Source: Alphaproteobacteria bacterium
Lineage (GTDB): Bacteria; Pseudomonadota; Alphaproteobacteria; UBA7887
Reading direction: 5' to 3'
Assembly: GCA_965216755.1 (NCBI GenBank)
Contig: CBDCGL010000011.1
Span: forward strand, 960,001-1,024,000
DNA length: 64,000 nt
Every line of letters begins with the position of its first letter. The first letter of the stretch is position 1. Of this stretch, positions 29,955 through 41,140 are shown piece after piece. The notes under the pieces were generated by a model. That model saw only the letters and a program-made list of their open reading frames with translations, made no database searches and was not told where the DNA came from. The position numbers and the translations under genes were made by a program.

Positions 29955-31550
29955 ATGGGGAAGCGGGGTCGGATTGTGGGGGAGCGCCAACCTGGACGCT
30001 GTCTGGTATACGCGGCCTGGTTTGCGATAACGGCCGCGGCACTACTCGGGTGTGCGCCGGGTCGAGCCCCTCAACACGGTGGTGCATCGTTCCTCGCGGC
30101 GCACGGCGATCTTGTCCATTGTCACAGCGTTCTTTCCGACATCGACGACATTGTTGATGATGCCGGCGTGCGCGACGTTGAAGCACATCGTGTTCACGGC
30201 TTCCCGTTCCTGCGCAGCAATCGTTTCCTGGCATCATTCGCTGGCGAGGACTTGAACTACGCCCAGTGGCAGCAATGGCTGAGCCGCATGCGCGGCTTGG
30301 ATCGTGATGGTCGGTACCATGAGCTGCGTAACATGTCCGCGGCGGACCGCCGCCGGGTTGCAATGATTGTGCAACAACCCGGAAAACGAGCGCTCGTTGA
30401 CGACCCGGAACATCTGAGCGAGCTGGTCGAGCTTTGTGCTCAAAGCTTGCACCGCGCGGTCAATTTTGAGGCACGCGGCGCAATGAACCTGGCCGACGCT
30501 GTTCAAGTCCCGGATTCATACCAGGATTGGGCGCGAATTCTCGGCCTCTATCCGTTGACCGCGTTCTTCATTGCGGCAGGATATGAACGGTGGAAACGTG
30601 ATAATATTCAAGGTTTTGGAGACGTTTCTTCAATTATCACGAGCCGGCGCGCGGTTAGCTATTGGCCGAAGGAGCATCGCGGCACAAGCGACGAAGAGAT
30701 TGCCATGTTGCTGCGGGCGGCCATGGACACGCCGCTCGGCACCGCCGAATTGGATGCGGATTTGGCGCGCACCCTCGCCGTCGCTTACGCGCCGGTCTGG
30801 ATCGTCGACACGTCATCCGAAGCCGATCGCATCGGCTCTGCCCAATGGCGGGGGCATGATATCGCCGTCGACACCACCAACCCAGTTGTCTATTACCGCA
30901 TCTCGCACACTCGCCTAAGAGACAAAGTGTTATTTCAAATCAATTATTTATCTTGGTTTCCTGAACGCCCAACAACAGCGCCCTTCGATTTGCTGGCAGG
31001 CGCTCTTGATGGTGTTATCTGGCGTGTCACACTTGAGCCGGACGGTAACATCCTGCTCTACGACACAATTCACGCGTGTGGATGCTACCATTTGTTCTTT
31101 CCACGCGAATCACTGATGGCGCGAGGACGCGCCCACGAGTCTGACATCACGGAAGTTGCAGAATCTCCGGCGGCCGCGCCCGAATTGGCTGCTGGCGAGC
31201 GTCTCGCACTATATCTGGCCGCGTCATCCCACTATTTCAGGGGTGTCGCCAAGTTGTCCAATACGGCACGCGCGGCCGGTGATACCACCTATGATCTGGT
31301 GCCAGCCGAATATCTCAGGTCGCTGCCCACACAGCACGACCACTACAGATCGCTTTTTGGGGCCGATGGCATGGTCCACGGCAGCGAGCGCCTAGAGCGA
31401 TTCTTGTTGTGGCCGATGGGGATCTCAAGTGCCGGTGCGATGCGTCAGTGGGGACATCACGCGACCGCATTTGTCGGCCGCCGACACTTCGACGATCCCC
31501 GCTTGATCGAGCACGCATTTATCGTAACGGACGGTGAATCGCCGCGATGA
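29955..31550 (+). CDS. Uncharacterised large lipoprotein with YDTIHACGCYH motif
   Basis: Lipobox LLGC; long clean ORF; ATGA overlap with the next gene; start may be slightly downstream. Confidence 0.75.
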   Translation: MGKRGRIVGERQPGRCLVYAAWFAITAAALLGCAPGRAPQHGGASFLAAHGDLVHCHSVLSDIDDIVDDAGVRDVEAHRVHGFPFLRSNRFLASFAGEDLNYAQWQQWLSRMRGLDRDGRYHELRNMSAADRRRVAMIVQQPGKRALVDDPEHLSELVELCAQSLHRAVNFEARGAMNLADAVQVPDSYQDWARILGLYPLTAFFIAAGYERWKRDNIQGFGDVSSIITSRRAVSYWPKEHRGTSDEEIAMLLRAAMDTPLGTAELDADLARTLAVAYAPVWIVDTSSEADRIGSAQWRGHDIAVDTTNPVVYYRISHTRLRDKVLFQINYLSWFPERPTTAPFDLLAGALDGVIWRVTLEPDGNILLYDTIHACGCYHLFFPRESLMARGRAHESDITEVAESPAAAPELAAGERLALYLAASSHYFRGVAKLSNTARAAGDTTYDLVPAEYLRSLPTQHDHYRSLFGADGMVHGSERLERFLLWPMGISSAGAMRQWGHHATAFVGRRHFDDPRLIEHAFIVTDGESPR

Positions 31551-32335
31551 TCCGACCTGGTACGCATCTCCTGCTCGTGTTGGGCACGCTGTTGGTCGGC
31601 ATCGTTCTGGTCGCCCCCGCGCTCGCCACGGACGCGCGCTACCAAACCGCCTTGCGTCTTTTCCATGCCGGCGCATTTGATACCGCGCGTGCGGTGGCGA
31701 CGGGCCTCGGCACTGCCGATGGATTTGCGCTCGCGGCCAGAGCGGCCAGTGCGGAGGGAGCGTATCTCGCTCCTGAGGGCTCACGCAGGGCGCATTTCGA
31801 AGACGCCGAGCACCTGTGCCAGGCCGCCCTGGCGTTGAAACCCAATCACATTGAAGCACGAATGCAGTTGGTGGTCGCGATTGGCCATCGGTCGCGGACG
31901 ATGACGCCGCTGCGCGCGTATTTCTCGGGGTTGGCAACCAAAGCGCGCACGATCATCGATAGTCTGGCCACGACGGAAGACGACAATCCGTTTTTTCATG
32001 CAATCGTGGGGGCGTGGCATGCTGAGGCCGTGCATCGTGGCGGCGCAACCGCTGCGGCTCAACTGCTCGGAGCCGACCTTGGCCAAGCGATCCGATCGTT
32101 TGAGCGTGCACTTTCAATTGATCCAGATAACATATTGATCCTTATAGAATATGCGAAAGTTCTTCTGCGTCACCCTTCGGTGTCTTCGCGCACGCGCGCG
32201 ATGGCGATTCTCGCGCGCGCACAAAGCCTACCCGCGACGTCCTACCTAGAACGCGCCGCCCAGTCACGAGCCAAGTTGATCGGCGACGGCACCGCCAGCG
32301 TCTGCCCACCCAAATGTCAAAGCCCACCAAGCTGA
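31547..32335 (+). CDS. Secreted TPR-like protein (paralogue of 28671..29450)
   Basis: Signal peptide ALA, VGAWHAE motif, ALSIDPD repeat. Confidence 0.72.
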   Translation: MIRPGTHLLLVLGTLLVGIVLVAPALATDARYQTALRLFHAGAFDTARAVATGLGTADGFALAARAASAEGAYLAPEGSRRAHFEDAEHLCQAALALKPNHIEARMQLVVAIGHRSRTMTPLRAYFSGLATKARTIIDSLATTEDDNPFFHAIVGAWHAEAVHRGGATAAAQLLGADLGQAIRSFERALSIDPDNILILIEYAKVLLRHPSVSSRTRAMAILARAQSLPATSYLERAAQSRAKLIGDGTASVCPPKCQSPPS

Positions 32336-32448
32336 TGAAACCCATATCAAGTCCAGCAGCCTATCGAGACCAGCGGATACAGAATGAATTATCGCTATCG
32401 TCTATTGGGCTTTCCTGCGCGCTATTCAAGCATAAATAGACAACAGTA

Positions 32449-33681
32449 TTGGCGTCATTGCGCACGCACGGCAATTCGCTGTATGAGTTCGTTAGGGGCT
32501 GGTCGCATTTGTCTAGTATTGAGACGAATTTGCTGAACGACGATCGCGATTTCGAGCAGCTGCTTTCACTTGCCGCCGAACGATCTCAAGAAAGCCGCGA
32601 GGCTGTCTTTCGGACGATCGCCGACCTGCTGTTAGAACCTGACGGCCTGGGCTCAGATCGATCGCGGAGCCTCGCTTCTGAAATATTGCGCCGACTCTTA
32701 AGCGAAATTGAAAGCAAGCTTCGCTGGGAATTGGCGACGCGCCTGGCGGATCGCGACGATGTGCCACGGGAGTTGGTCAATTCCCTGGCCATGGACGAGG
32801 TTGAAATTGCCCGTCCGGTCCTTCTCCGAAGCCCGCTTCTTACCGATTTCGATTTGATCGAGATTATCCACAATAAGGCACAGGCTCATCAACTGGCGAT
32901 CGCCCGCCGCGAGTCTTTATCCAAGGACGTCAGCCAGGCGCTTCTGGATTCGGACGATGCTGATGTAATTCGCACGCTCATCGGCAATGCTGGAGCCAAA
33001 CTCACCACCGAAATGCTCGAATTCCTGGTCGAGGAATCAAAATGGCAACATGCCTATCAAGAGCCGCTGGTTCATCGCGAAGACTTGCCCGACGCATTGG
33101 CACGAAAGCTCTATTGGTGGGTTGCTGCGCCAGTACGCGAGTACATTTGTGAACATTTTTCGGTCGATCCCGAACTGATTGATGATGTGATCGAAAGCGC
33201 TGTCGACCAAGAGCTTCAAGCCTTAGTTCAAAAGAAGAAATACCCAAATAAAACACAATCTTTGGTGCAAAAACTTTATGATCAAAACGAGCTTTCAATC
33301 AATTTCTTGGTAAGCGCGCTCTATCACGGCGAGACCGAGCTTTTTGAGGAAGGCTTGGTTATGTTGACCGGCCTGCGGGCACGACTGGTGCGCCGGCTCA
33401 TACACGATGCGGCCGGCGAAGGCCTGGCAATAGCCTGCCGAGCACTCAACGTGGATACAGAGACATACGGTACAATTTATGCCCTGACACGCCACGACGG
33501 CTACCGTTCACAAACGACCAAGCCGGAAGTAGAACAGAAACTGCGCACCGAATATGAAGCAATACGCCCGCAAACTGCACGTCGCATTCTACGGCAATGG
33601 CAACGCGATCGCGACTATCTCATGGCGCTTCGCGCTATCTGCGGCCAGGACGAGACGGGCAGAGGGACAGATCGCAGATAA
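32449..33681 (+). CDS. DUF2336 domain protein
   Basis: EIARPVLLRSPLLTD.DLIEII, HQLAIARR..LS..VS..L, LIGNAGA; start uncertain. Confidence 0.85.
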   Translation: MASLRTHGNSLYEFVRGWSHLSSIETNLLNDDRDFEQLLSLAAERSQESREAVFRTIADLLLEPDGLGSDRSRSLASEILRRLLSEIESKLRWELATRLADRDDVPRELVNSLAMDEVEIARPVLLRSPLLTDFDLIEIIHNKAQAHQLAIARRESLSKDVSQALLDSDDADVIRTLIGNAGAKLTTEMLEFLVEESKWQHAYQEPLVHREDLPDALARKLYWWVAAPVREYICEHFSVDPELIDDVIESAVDQELQALVQKKKYPNKTQSLVQKLYDQNELSINFLVSALYHGETELFEEGLVMLTGLRARLVRRLIHDAAGEGLAIACRALNVDTETYGTIYALTRHDGYRSQTTKPEVEQKLRTEYEAIRPQTARRILRQWQRDRDYLMALRAICGQDETGRGTDRR

Positions 33682-34805
33682 TATCGTTATTTAATATACG
33701 TTTATATCAAGTTATCTTGACATAAACATTAATATTATCAATTAACGGATTGTTTAAAAGTGATTTAGTGGAGTTTATCTGTATTTCATATATAAATCAA
33801 AGTACATTATACTATATACCATAATTGTTTATTCTAATATTTTGATGTATTTTATGAATTGTTGGTTTAGTTCTGGCTGGTCGGGCATTCGCTGTTCCTG
33901 TCGAACAATCGTGATCAGAATGCACCAACAGGTGAGATGCCCTCCCAAGTGCCGAAATGCTCGTCGCTTCGCTCCTTGTCCGCTGACCACCAAATTGATC
34001 TTGAGCACCGGCTCAGAGCCGATGCGTGTTAGCGGCTGCGCGTCGACAATCAGTGATGATCCACGCTGGGTGCAGTCAACCAATCCGCCTTGGTAGCGGA
34101 CGGCGCATTGCGTCAACCCGGAAAGCCCATGGGGGCCAGTTACCGCGATTTGTCGCCTGACCTGCGTGAGGACTGCGCACAATCCGAGGCGTAATCGCAA
34201 ACACCCTAACAAACCGCATAGGGTCGCCGGCGCAACGCGCCGCCGTCAGAATTCCTGGCTCCAAGACCTGTGGCCCTTTGCCTCTCAGCACCCTTTTAGC
34301 TCACCCGGACTCAGGCAGAAAACCGCCCCTCGTAGAAAGGGTAAGCGATGGCGGAACCGGCGCTGTTCATCTTATCGCGGCCGTCCGATCCGTGCGCTAT
34401 CGCGTTGCCACAGCGCCGGGGACGGAAGTCCGTGGGCAACGTATGTTGTTTTTCTCTCAGCAGACTCTAAGGGGAACTTTCATTACTTATCAATTTACTA
34501 ACAAAGAAATGACTACCAAGAACTACGACATCGTACCTTCGTTTCGATCGCGGTTTATGTCAACTACTATGGCAGATGACGCCCCTACTTAGGTAAGTTC
34601 CGCGCGGTCGAAAACCGTGAAATTGACCCTGCTCATCTTTGAATGTCGGGCAGCGCCCCAGCCGCATTCCACCCGCTCGATTGGATGGGGGGGGGGGAAT
34701 GGTTACCAAGTCGGAATGCTATCGTTTGCGCATTGCCGACCTGCGATCCGATCCGCCGCCCGACGCCGACACGTCGTCGCCTCTGCGAACAAAAATTAAG
34801 GAATC

Positions 34806-34883
34806 TGGGGCGAGTGAGCGGATTTGAACCGCCGACATCCAGATCCACAATCTGGCGCTCTAACCAACTGAGCTACACCCGCC
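34806..34883 (-). tRNA. tRNA-His(GUG), with encoded G-1 and C73
   Basis: Reverse complement G-GCGGGTGTAGCTCAGTTGGTTAGAGC...TTGTGGA...GGTTCAAATCCGCTCACTCGC-C-CCA. Confidence 0.97.
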
Positions 34884-34963
34884 GTTCGAGCCTGTTTAGA
34901 ACCTATCCCATACCAACGTCAAGCGTACACCCAACAGGATGACAAATCCCCATACGGCGCATT

Positions 34964-35011
34964 TGCCCACAAAATAGGCAAGTTGGGCGAATTCCGCATA
35001 TAAGTTGTGCG
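34964..35011 (+). promoter_or_regulatory. Two tandem NtrC-binding sites upstream of glnB
   Basis: TGCCC-N7-AGGCA (34964-34980) and CGCAT-N7-GTGCG (34995-35011), 31 bp apart; consensus TGCAC-N7-GTGCA. Confidence 0.75.
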
Positions 35012-35066
35012 GTGCCCGTGGGCTTCTGACTTGATTGCCGCGCGTGGCGTCGGCTATATGGCCTGA

Positions 35067-35480
<414 letters not shown>

Positions 35481-35581
35481 TCTTCTCAGATTCGCCGATT
35501 CGAGTGGGGCGCGGGTCCGAACGGCCTGGCGCTTGTGTCTGCCCTCCCGAATCCAGATGAGGATGCGAAAAAGGAATCAAT

Positions 35582-36997
35582 GTGATGGGTGATGATATTA
35601 AGAATGTACTCGAGATGATCAAAGAGCATGAGGTCGCATATGTCGACTTTCGCTTTACGGATCCTCGCGGCAAGTGGCAGCACACGGCGCAAACCGCGCG
35701 AACCATCGACGCGGACTCTCTGGAAGAAGGCATATTTTTTGACGGCTCATCCATCGCCGGTTGGAAGGACATTCACGAATCCGACATGGTCCTAAAGCCG
35801 GATCCGGCGAGCGCGGTCATGGACCCCTTCGCCGCCCAGCCGAGCTTGATTCTGTTCTGTGATGTTCTGGAGCCGGCGACGGGCCTTGGCTACGAGCGCG
35901 ATCCACGATCGACCGCACGCCGCGCCGAGACTTATTTAGCGTCCACGGGAATCGGCGATACGGCGTATTTCGGTCCAGAACTGGAATTCTTCGTGTTCGA
36001 CGATGTTCGTTGGCAAGTCGAAATGAACAATACGTTCTTTTCCATAGACTCCGAAGAGGGACCCTACAATACCGGATCTCAACTCGACGGGGGCAACCCA
36101 GGTCACAGGCCTGCCATCAAGGGCGGCTACTTTCCGGTTCCGCCTGTTGACTCGATGTCTGATCTGCGGGCTGAAATGGTCAGCACGATGCTCGAAATGG
36201 GCCTCAAAATGGACAAGCACCACCACGAGGTCGCGCCCAGCCAAAACGAACTCGGCGTGGAATTCGACACGCTGCTTCGGATCGCGGACCAAGTTCAAAT
36301 CTACAAATATGTGGTCCATCAAGTCGCCCATTCCTACGGCAAGACCGCCACGTTCATGCCGAAGCCGGTCATGGGTGACAATGGTTCCGGGATGCACACG
36401 CATCAATCAATTTTTAAAGAGGGAAAACCGACGTTTGCAGGTAATAATTACGCTGATTTATCAGAAACGGCCCTGCACTATATCGGCGGTATCATCAAGC
36501 ATGCCAAGGCCATCAACGCCTTCTCGAATCCAACCACCAACAGTTACAAGCGCTTGATTCCCGGATTTGAAGCTCCGGTTCTGCTGGCATATTCGGCCCG
36601 CAACCGCTCGGCATCCTGCCGAATTCCGTTTGCGACCAGCCCGAAAGGCAAAAGGGTCGAAGTACGCTTCCCGGACCCGGCCGCAAATCCTTACTTGACC
36701 TTCTCGGCGATGTTGATGGCGGGCCTAGATGGTATTCAAAACCGGATCGACCCAGGCGATGCCATGGATAAGAATCTTTACGACCTACCGCCCGAAGAGC
36801 TGAAAGACGTACCCACGGTATGCGCAAGCCTGCGCGACGCGGTCTCGGCGCTAGACAAGGATCGGGCATTCCTCACCAAGGGCGACGTCTTCAGCGATGA
36901 CCAAATCGACGGCTACATGAACTTGAAGTGGGAGGAAATCTACGGCTTCGAGCACACGCCACATCCAATCGAGTTCGATTTGTACTACTCGGTGTAG
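35582..36997 (+). CDS. glnA: Glutamine synthetase type I
   Basis: [23 protein letters not shown], adenylylation site NLYDLP. Confidence 0.99.
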   Translation: MMGDDIKNVLEMIKEHEVAYVDFRFTDPRGKWQHTAQTARTIDADSLEEGIFFDGSSIAGWKDIHESDMVLKPDPASAVMDPFAAQPSLILFCDVLEPATGLGYERDPRSTARRAETYLASTGIGDTAYFGPELEFFVFDDVRWQVEMNNTFFSIDSEEGPYNTGSQLDGGNPGHRPAIKGGYFPVPPVDSMSDLRAEMVSTMLEMGLKMDKHHHEVAPSQNELGVEFDTLLRIADQVQIYKYVVHQVAHSYGKTATFMPKPVMGDNGSGMHTHQSIFKEGKPTFAGNNYADLSETALHYIGGIIKHAKAINAFSNPTTNSYKRLIPGFEAPVLLAYSARNRSASCRIPFATSPKGKRVEVRFPDPAANPYLTFSAMLMAGLDGIQNRIDPGDAMDKNLYDLPPEELKDVPTVCASLRDAVSALDKDRAFLTKGDVFSDDQIDGYMNLKWEEIYGFEHTPHPIEFDLYYSV

Positions 36998-37014
36998 TGC
37001 CACCGGGGTATCAG

Positions 37015-37038
37015 GGACCGGACGTTGTCGTCCGGTCC
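37015..37038 (+). terminator. Hairpin after glnA
   Basis: GGACCGGACG-TTGT-CGTCCGGTCC perfect 10-bp stem, no U tract. Confidence 0.5.
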
Positions 37039-37339
37039 GCCGGGTGCGCTGGGTAATCCGGGCAGCCATCGTGACTCGGTCGGCAATCTCGACCATTTTG
37101 AGCTAAATCGGGATATGCAGTGCCCTGTTGGCCAGGTATGGCATTTTCTGTTGCTCCCGAGGCATAGACGACGCGGCCGACCGTCACATATTCATCAGTG
37201 CGCCCGAGACATGGCAGGTCGTTGAGTGGATACACCGTCGGAACCGGACCTGTGGTTCCGCGCAGAAGAGCCGGTTCTTGTGCCGCTTAGCGATTTCGTC
37301 GTCACGGTCACTTTGCCCGACCAACATTGAATCCGGAAC

Positions 37340-37840
37340 ATGCGACGCCACCACCTGATCGACGAGGCGAAAGCAGATTTGGATTTGGCCTACGAAGAGG
37401 TCAAACGCGCCGAACTGCGGGCGATGGAGATCGAGTCATCCTATTGCAAGCGCATCGAGGCGTTGCTCCGCCAAGGTGAGGCAAACGGCGCCGAATCCGA
37501 ATTGGTGCGCGAGAAGGAACAAAAACAAATCGTGCTCGGCATCGACGCCCTACACGAAATGCAAACGCGTGCGCTGGAACGCTTCGCGGCACTCAGTACG
37601 GCATTTGCCATTGCGACAAGCGTCTCGGATCCAACTTTGGCTCTGAACCTTTTCAACCAAGCCTTGTTTCGGTCAGAAGAACCGCCGGAGCAGATCGATC
37701 TCCAAGAAACGATTCGTCAGTTTCACAGGGGTTTGCGCGCGTATACCTACGAAGATCAAAGCTTTGAGAATGACAAAGTCGTGCGCGCGAGCTGGGGATC
37801 CATCGAGTCGGCTCTGCGACGATTGAGTCGATCAATCTAA
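37340..37840 (+). CDS. Hypothetical helical protein
   Basis: 166-aa ORF with coding-like composition and coiled-coil character; no motif recognised. Confidence 0.65.
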   Translation: MRRHHLIDEAKADLDLAYEEVKRAELRAMEIESSYCKRIEALLRQGEANGAESELVREKEQKQIVLGIDALHEMQTRALERFAALSTAFAIATSVSDPTLALNLFNQALFRSEEPPEQIDLQETIRQFHRGLRAYTYEDQSFENDKVVRASWGSIESALRRLSRSI

Positions 37841-38016
37841 AGGGCGCGGCGGCCGCCATCCCGCGCCGGGCATTGTGCAATGGCACGGCACTTTTTTGAC
37901 GCCGCAAGACAAATCGCGTGTCAATGGGAGCGCTGGCTGACGCCAGCAAAGCTATTAGGCACAGAAATTTTGAGGGATAATTTCGACTCCATCGGGACCT
38001 CGACCACCAGATTCCT

Positions 38017-38403
38017 TTACCGCTCGACCGGCCGCGGTCGACCGGCCCCGTCCAGAGCGACATAAGTGAACAAGCCTTCCGTCACTTTGACATTTTCGGC
38101 GCCAACGCCCCTTTCCGCGATAGTCTCTACTTGAACCGAAATCGACGTTGTCCCTATCTTTGTTACATGCGCATAGCAACTGACAATGTCGCCGATCTTG
38201 ATCGGCTGGTGGAAAGTCATCGCTTCAAGCGCGACGGTCGCGACGCGACCGCTGGCCTGCTTGGCTGCGACCAAACCGCCAGCAATGTCCATCTGTGATA
38301 AGACCCATCCACCGAAGATGTCGCCAGCAGGATTGGCGTCCGCCGGCATTGCTAAGGTCCGCACAGCCGGCCGCAAATCATGCGAGTCGGTCTTAGTGTT
38401 CAT
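38017..38403 (-). CDS. Acyl-CoA thioesterase (YciA/hotdog family)
   Basis: AMPADANPAGDIFGGWVLSQMDIAG, VTEGLFTYVA; GGAG RBS. Confidence 0.93.
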   Translation of the reverse strand: MNTKTDSHDLRPAVRTLAMPADANPAGDIFGGWVLSQMDIAGGLVAAKQASGRVATVALEAMTFHQPIKIGDIVSCYAHVTKIGTTSISVQVETIAERGVGAENVKVTEGLFTYVALDGAGRPRPVER

Positions 38404-38513
38404 TTCGCGTCTCCTTTAGCATCAAAACGAATTGCCATAATATGTTGAGATTGTAAACACTTAGCCCCGCTTTCGGGGTTGCTCGTTGGAACTTGTGCCC
38501 TATAATCGCCGCC

Positions 38514-40475
38514 ATGCCAGACCTCTTTCATACCCCAGTTAAATCGGACTATACGGCCAAGGACATCGAGGTACTTGAGGGGCTAGAGCCAGTCCGTCGA
38601 CGCCCAGGCATGTATATCGGCGGGACTGATGAAACCGCCCTGCACCATCTTGTGGCTGAGCTGCTCGACAACGCGATGGATGAAGCCGTTGCCGGCCACG
38701 CCACGTTTATCGAGCTGGAATTAGCGGGCGACGGCTCCGTGACCGTGCGCGACAATGGCCGCGGCATCCCAATCGACAAGCACCCGAAGTTCAAGAAGAA
38801 ATCGGCTTTGGAAGTAATCCTGACCACGCTCCATTCCGGCGGCAAATTCTCCGGCAAGGCCTATGAAACCTCGGGGGGGCTCCATGGTGTCGGTCTGTCG
38901 GTGGTCAATGCCCTTTCGGATCACTTGATCGTGGAAGTCGCGCGTGACCGCAAGTTGTGGCGGCAAAGCTTCGAGCGTGGTGTTCCAAAAGGCCCGCTGA
39001 GATCAGTTGGCAGCGTCCACAACCGTCGTGGCACGTCCATTCAGTGCCACCCCGACGCCAAGATCTTCGGCAAGGGCCGCCTGCGACCCGCGACCTTGTA
39101 TCGCATGGCCCGGTCAAAGGCCTATCTGTTTCGTGGCGTTGAAATTCGTTGGCAGTGCGACGCAGAGGCGCTGAAGAGTGGCGATGAGACACCTGAAAAG
39201 GCGACCCTACACTTTCCGGGCGGCCTTTCGGATTTTCTGCTGAACAGCATCGAAGGCGCCGAAACGGTAACGCCGGCGCCGTTTGCTGGCTCGGCCAACC
39301 TGAACGGCCAAACCGGGCGTGTTGAATGGGCCATGGCATGGCCGGAGGACGACGATCGCGCATTTCTCAATTCTTACTGCAACACGGTTCCAACGCCGAA
39401 TGGCGGAACGCATGAGAACGGCCTGCGGACCGCGCTGCTGCGTGGACTTAGAGCCTACGCCGAACTGGCCAAGAACAAGCGCGCGGGGCAAATCACCGCC
39501 GAGGATGTTCTGGGCGGCGCCAGCGGACTGTTATCGGTGTTTATTCGGGATCCACAGTTTCAAGGACAGACCAAAGATCGTTTGTCCACGCCGGAAGCGG
39601 CCAAATTGGTTGAATCAACGATAAAGGATCATTTCGAGCACTGGCTGACCCAGGATCCCGCGGCCGCGGATGCCCTTCTCGCGCGAACGCTGGACCGTGC
39701 AGATGAACGGTTGCGGCGGCGTCAGGATAAAGAGGTCGCGCGGAAAACCGCCACCCGCAAGCTGCGGCTGCCAGGCAAGTTGGCGGATTGTACGCGAGCC
39801 GGCGCGAACGGCACCGAGATATTCTTGGTCGAGGGAGATTCCGCGGGCGGCTCGGCCAAACAGGCACGCGACCGGCAGACGCAAGCCGTGTTGGCGCTTC
39901 GTGGCAAGATCTTGAACGTAGCCTCCGCCACCGCCGACAAGTTGCGTGGCAACAAGGAACTCACGGAGCTTGCCATGGCACTGGGATGCGGCACGCGCGA
40001 CCGTTACCGCAATGAGGACTTGCGCTACGAGCGGGTCATCATCATGACGGACGCCGATGTCGACGGTGCCCATATTGCGTCACTGCTGATGACCTACTTT
40101 CATCGTGAAATGCCCAAGTTGATCCGCAACGGTCATTTGTATTTGGCGCAACCTCCACTGTACCGACTCACACAAGGTGCCAAGAGCCTTTACGCACGCG
40201 ACGACAGTCATCGAGAGTCGTTACTCAGAGAGGCGTTCAAGGGGCGTGGCAAGGTCGAAATCAGCCGGTTCAAAGGCCTCGGTGAAATGCCCCCGGCCCA
40301 GCTCAAGACAACGACCATGGCGCCAGGCTCGCGCACATTATTGCGGGTCGAGGTCTCCGATGACGATCTTCACGCCGCCGACGATCGGGTCGACGCGCTG
40401 ATGGGTCGGCATCCCGAAAAACGCTTGGCATTCATCCAGGAACATGCGGCAACTGTGGAAAATCTAGACGTATGA
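38514..40475 (+). CDS. parE: DNA topoisomerase IV subunit B
   Basis: IEVLEGLEPVRRRPGMYIG, EGDSAGGSAKQ, DADVDGAHI, RFKGLGEM; ~650 aa without the GyrB insert. Confidence 0.96.
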   Translation: MPDLFHTPVKSDYTAKDIEVLEGLEPVRRRPGMYIGGTDETALHHLVAELLDNAMDEAVAGHATFIELELAGDGSVTVRDNGRGIPIDKHPKFKKKSALEVILTTLHSGGKFSGKAYETSGGLHGVGLSVVNALSDHLIVEVARDRKLWRQSFERGVPKGPLRSVGSVHNRRGTSIQCHPDAKIFGKGRLRPATLYRMARSKAYLFRGVEIRWQCDAEALKSGDETPEKATLHFPGGLSDFLLNSIEGAETVTPAPFAGSANLNGQTGRVEWAMAWPEDDDRAFLNSYCNTVPTPNGGTHENGLRTALLRGLRAYAELAKNKRAGQITAEDVLGGASGLLSVFIRDPQFQGQTKDRLSTPEAAKLVESTIKDHFEHWLTQDPAAADALLARTLDRADERLRRRQDKEVARKTATRKLRLPGKLADCTRAGANGTEIFLVEGDSAGGSAKQARDRQTQAVLALRGKILNVASATADKLRGNKELTELAMALGCGTRDRYRNEDLRYERVIIMTDADVDGAHIASLLMTYFHREMPKLIRNGHLYLAQPPLYRLTQGAKSLYARDDSHRESLLREAFKGRGKVEISRFKGLGEMPPAQLKTTTMAPGSRTLLRVEVSDDDLHAADDRVDALMGRHPEKRLAFIQEHAATVENLDV

Positions 40476-41047
40476 CCAAATGCCAGATGCGCTGCCCATT
40501 GATGTTCGCCGTGCTGGCATTGTGGCTGGCGGGCTGTGCCCCGCCAAACCTCACCAGCCATGGCATCACAGGCGCGAATATTTTCCGCCCGAACCCTGCC
40601 GCGTTGGTCTATGGCGGCAATACCGGCAGTCGCAACATCGGCACGGCCGTGGTTGGCAACCCCTTCAGTTTTGATCAGGTATCATTCGCCAAGACTGTCG
40701 CCTCGGCGATGGACAGTGCCGTCGAAGGCCGCGACGCGAGATTTGTTGTGACGGCTAACGAATCCGTCCGCCCGGGCGTATTTGCGACCGTCGCCTTCGA
40801 TCCCGCGATCAACGCGACGGCGGCTGACCTTTGCCGGGAACGCTTGGCATTGTCGACCTATCCATCGATCGAGACTGTGCGCGTGATGATGGCGTTATGT
40901 GTCGCGTCGGAACCTGTGTCCGTGGTGCGTGCCCGCTTGACTCGCGGCGACGGTCCAGGTGATCTCAGTTTCGTACGTCTCATTCGCAAAATGACACGCG
41001 CCATGTTGGGCCAAGGGGGTGGACCGCAAAACCCGGTGTTGCGGTAA
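40472..41047 (+). CDS. Hypothetical lipoprotein (paralogue of 41141..41692)
   Basis: Lipobox LAGC; overlaps the parE stop (ATGA). Confidence 0.72.
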   Translation: MTKCQMRCPLMFAVLALWLAGCAPPNLTSHGITGANIFRPNPAALVYGGNTGSRNIGTAVVGNPFSFDQVSFAKTVASAMDSAVEGRDARFVVTANESVRPGVFATVAFDPAINATAADLCRERLALSTYPSIETVRVMMALCVASEPVSVVRARLTRGDGPGDLSFVRLIRKMTRAMLGQGGGPQNPVLR

Positions 41048-41140
41048 CGGCGCCGTGACACACGACGCCCCTTGCCATTGAACGCTATGATCCCGACATA
41101 CACGCGAGAATTCGCCACATAACGTTGCGAGGCCCATGTC

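Noticed and set aside
33729-33746. CtrA box near DUF2336
   Set aside because: TTAA half-sites are 9 nt apart rather than 7, in very AT-rich DNA
34687-34697. G11 tract as a phase-variation switch
   Set aside because: Not inside a supported ORF or promoter; may be neutral or a sequencing homopolymer artefact
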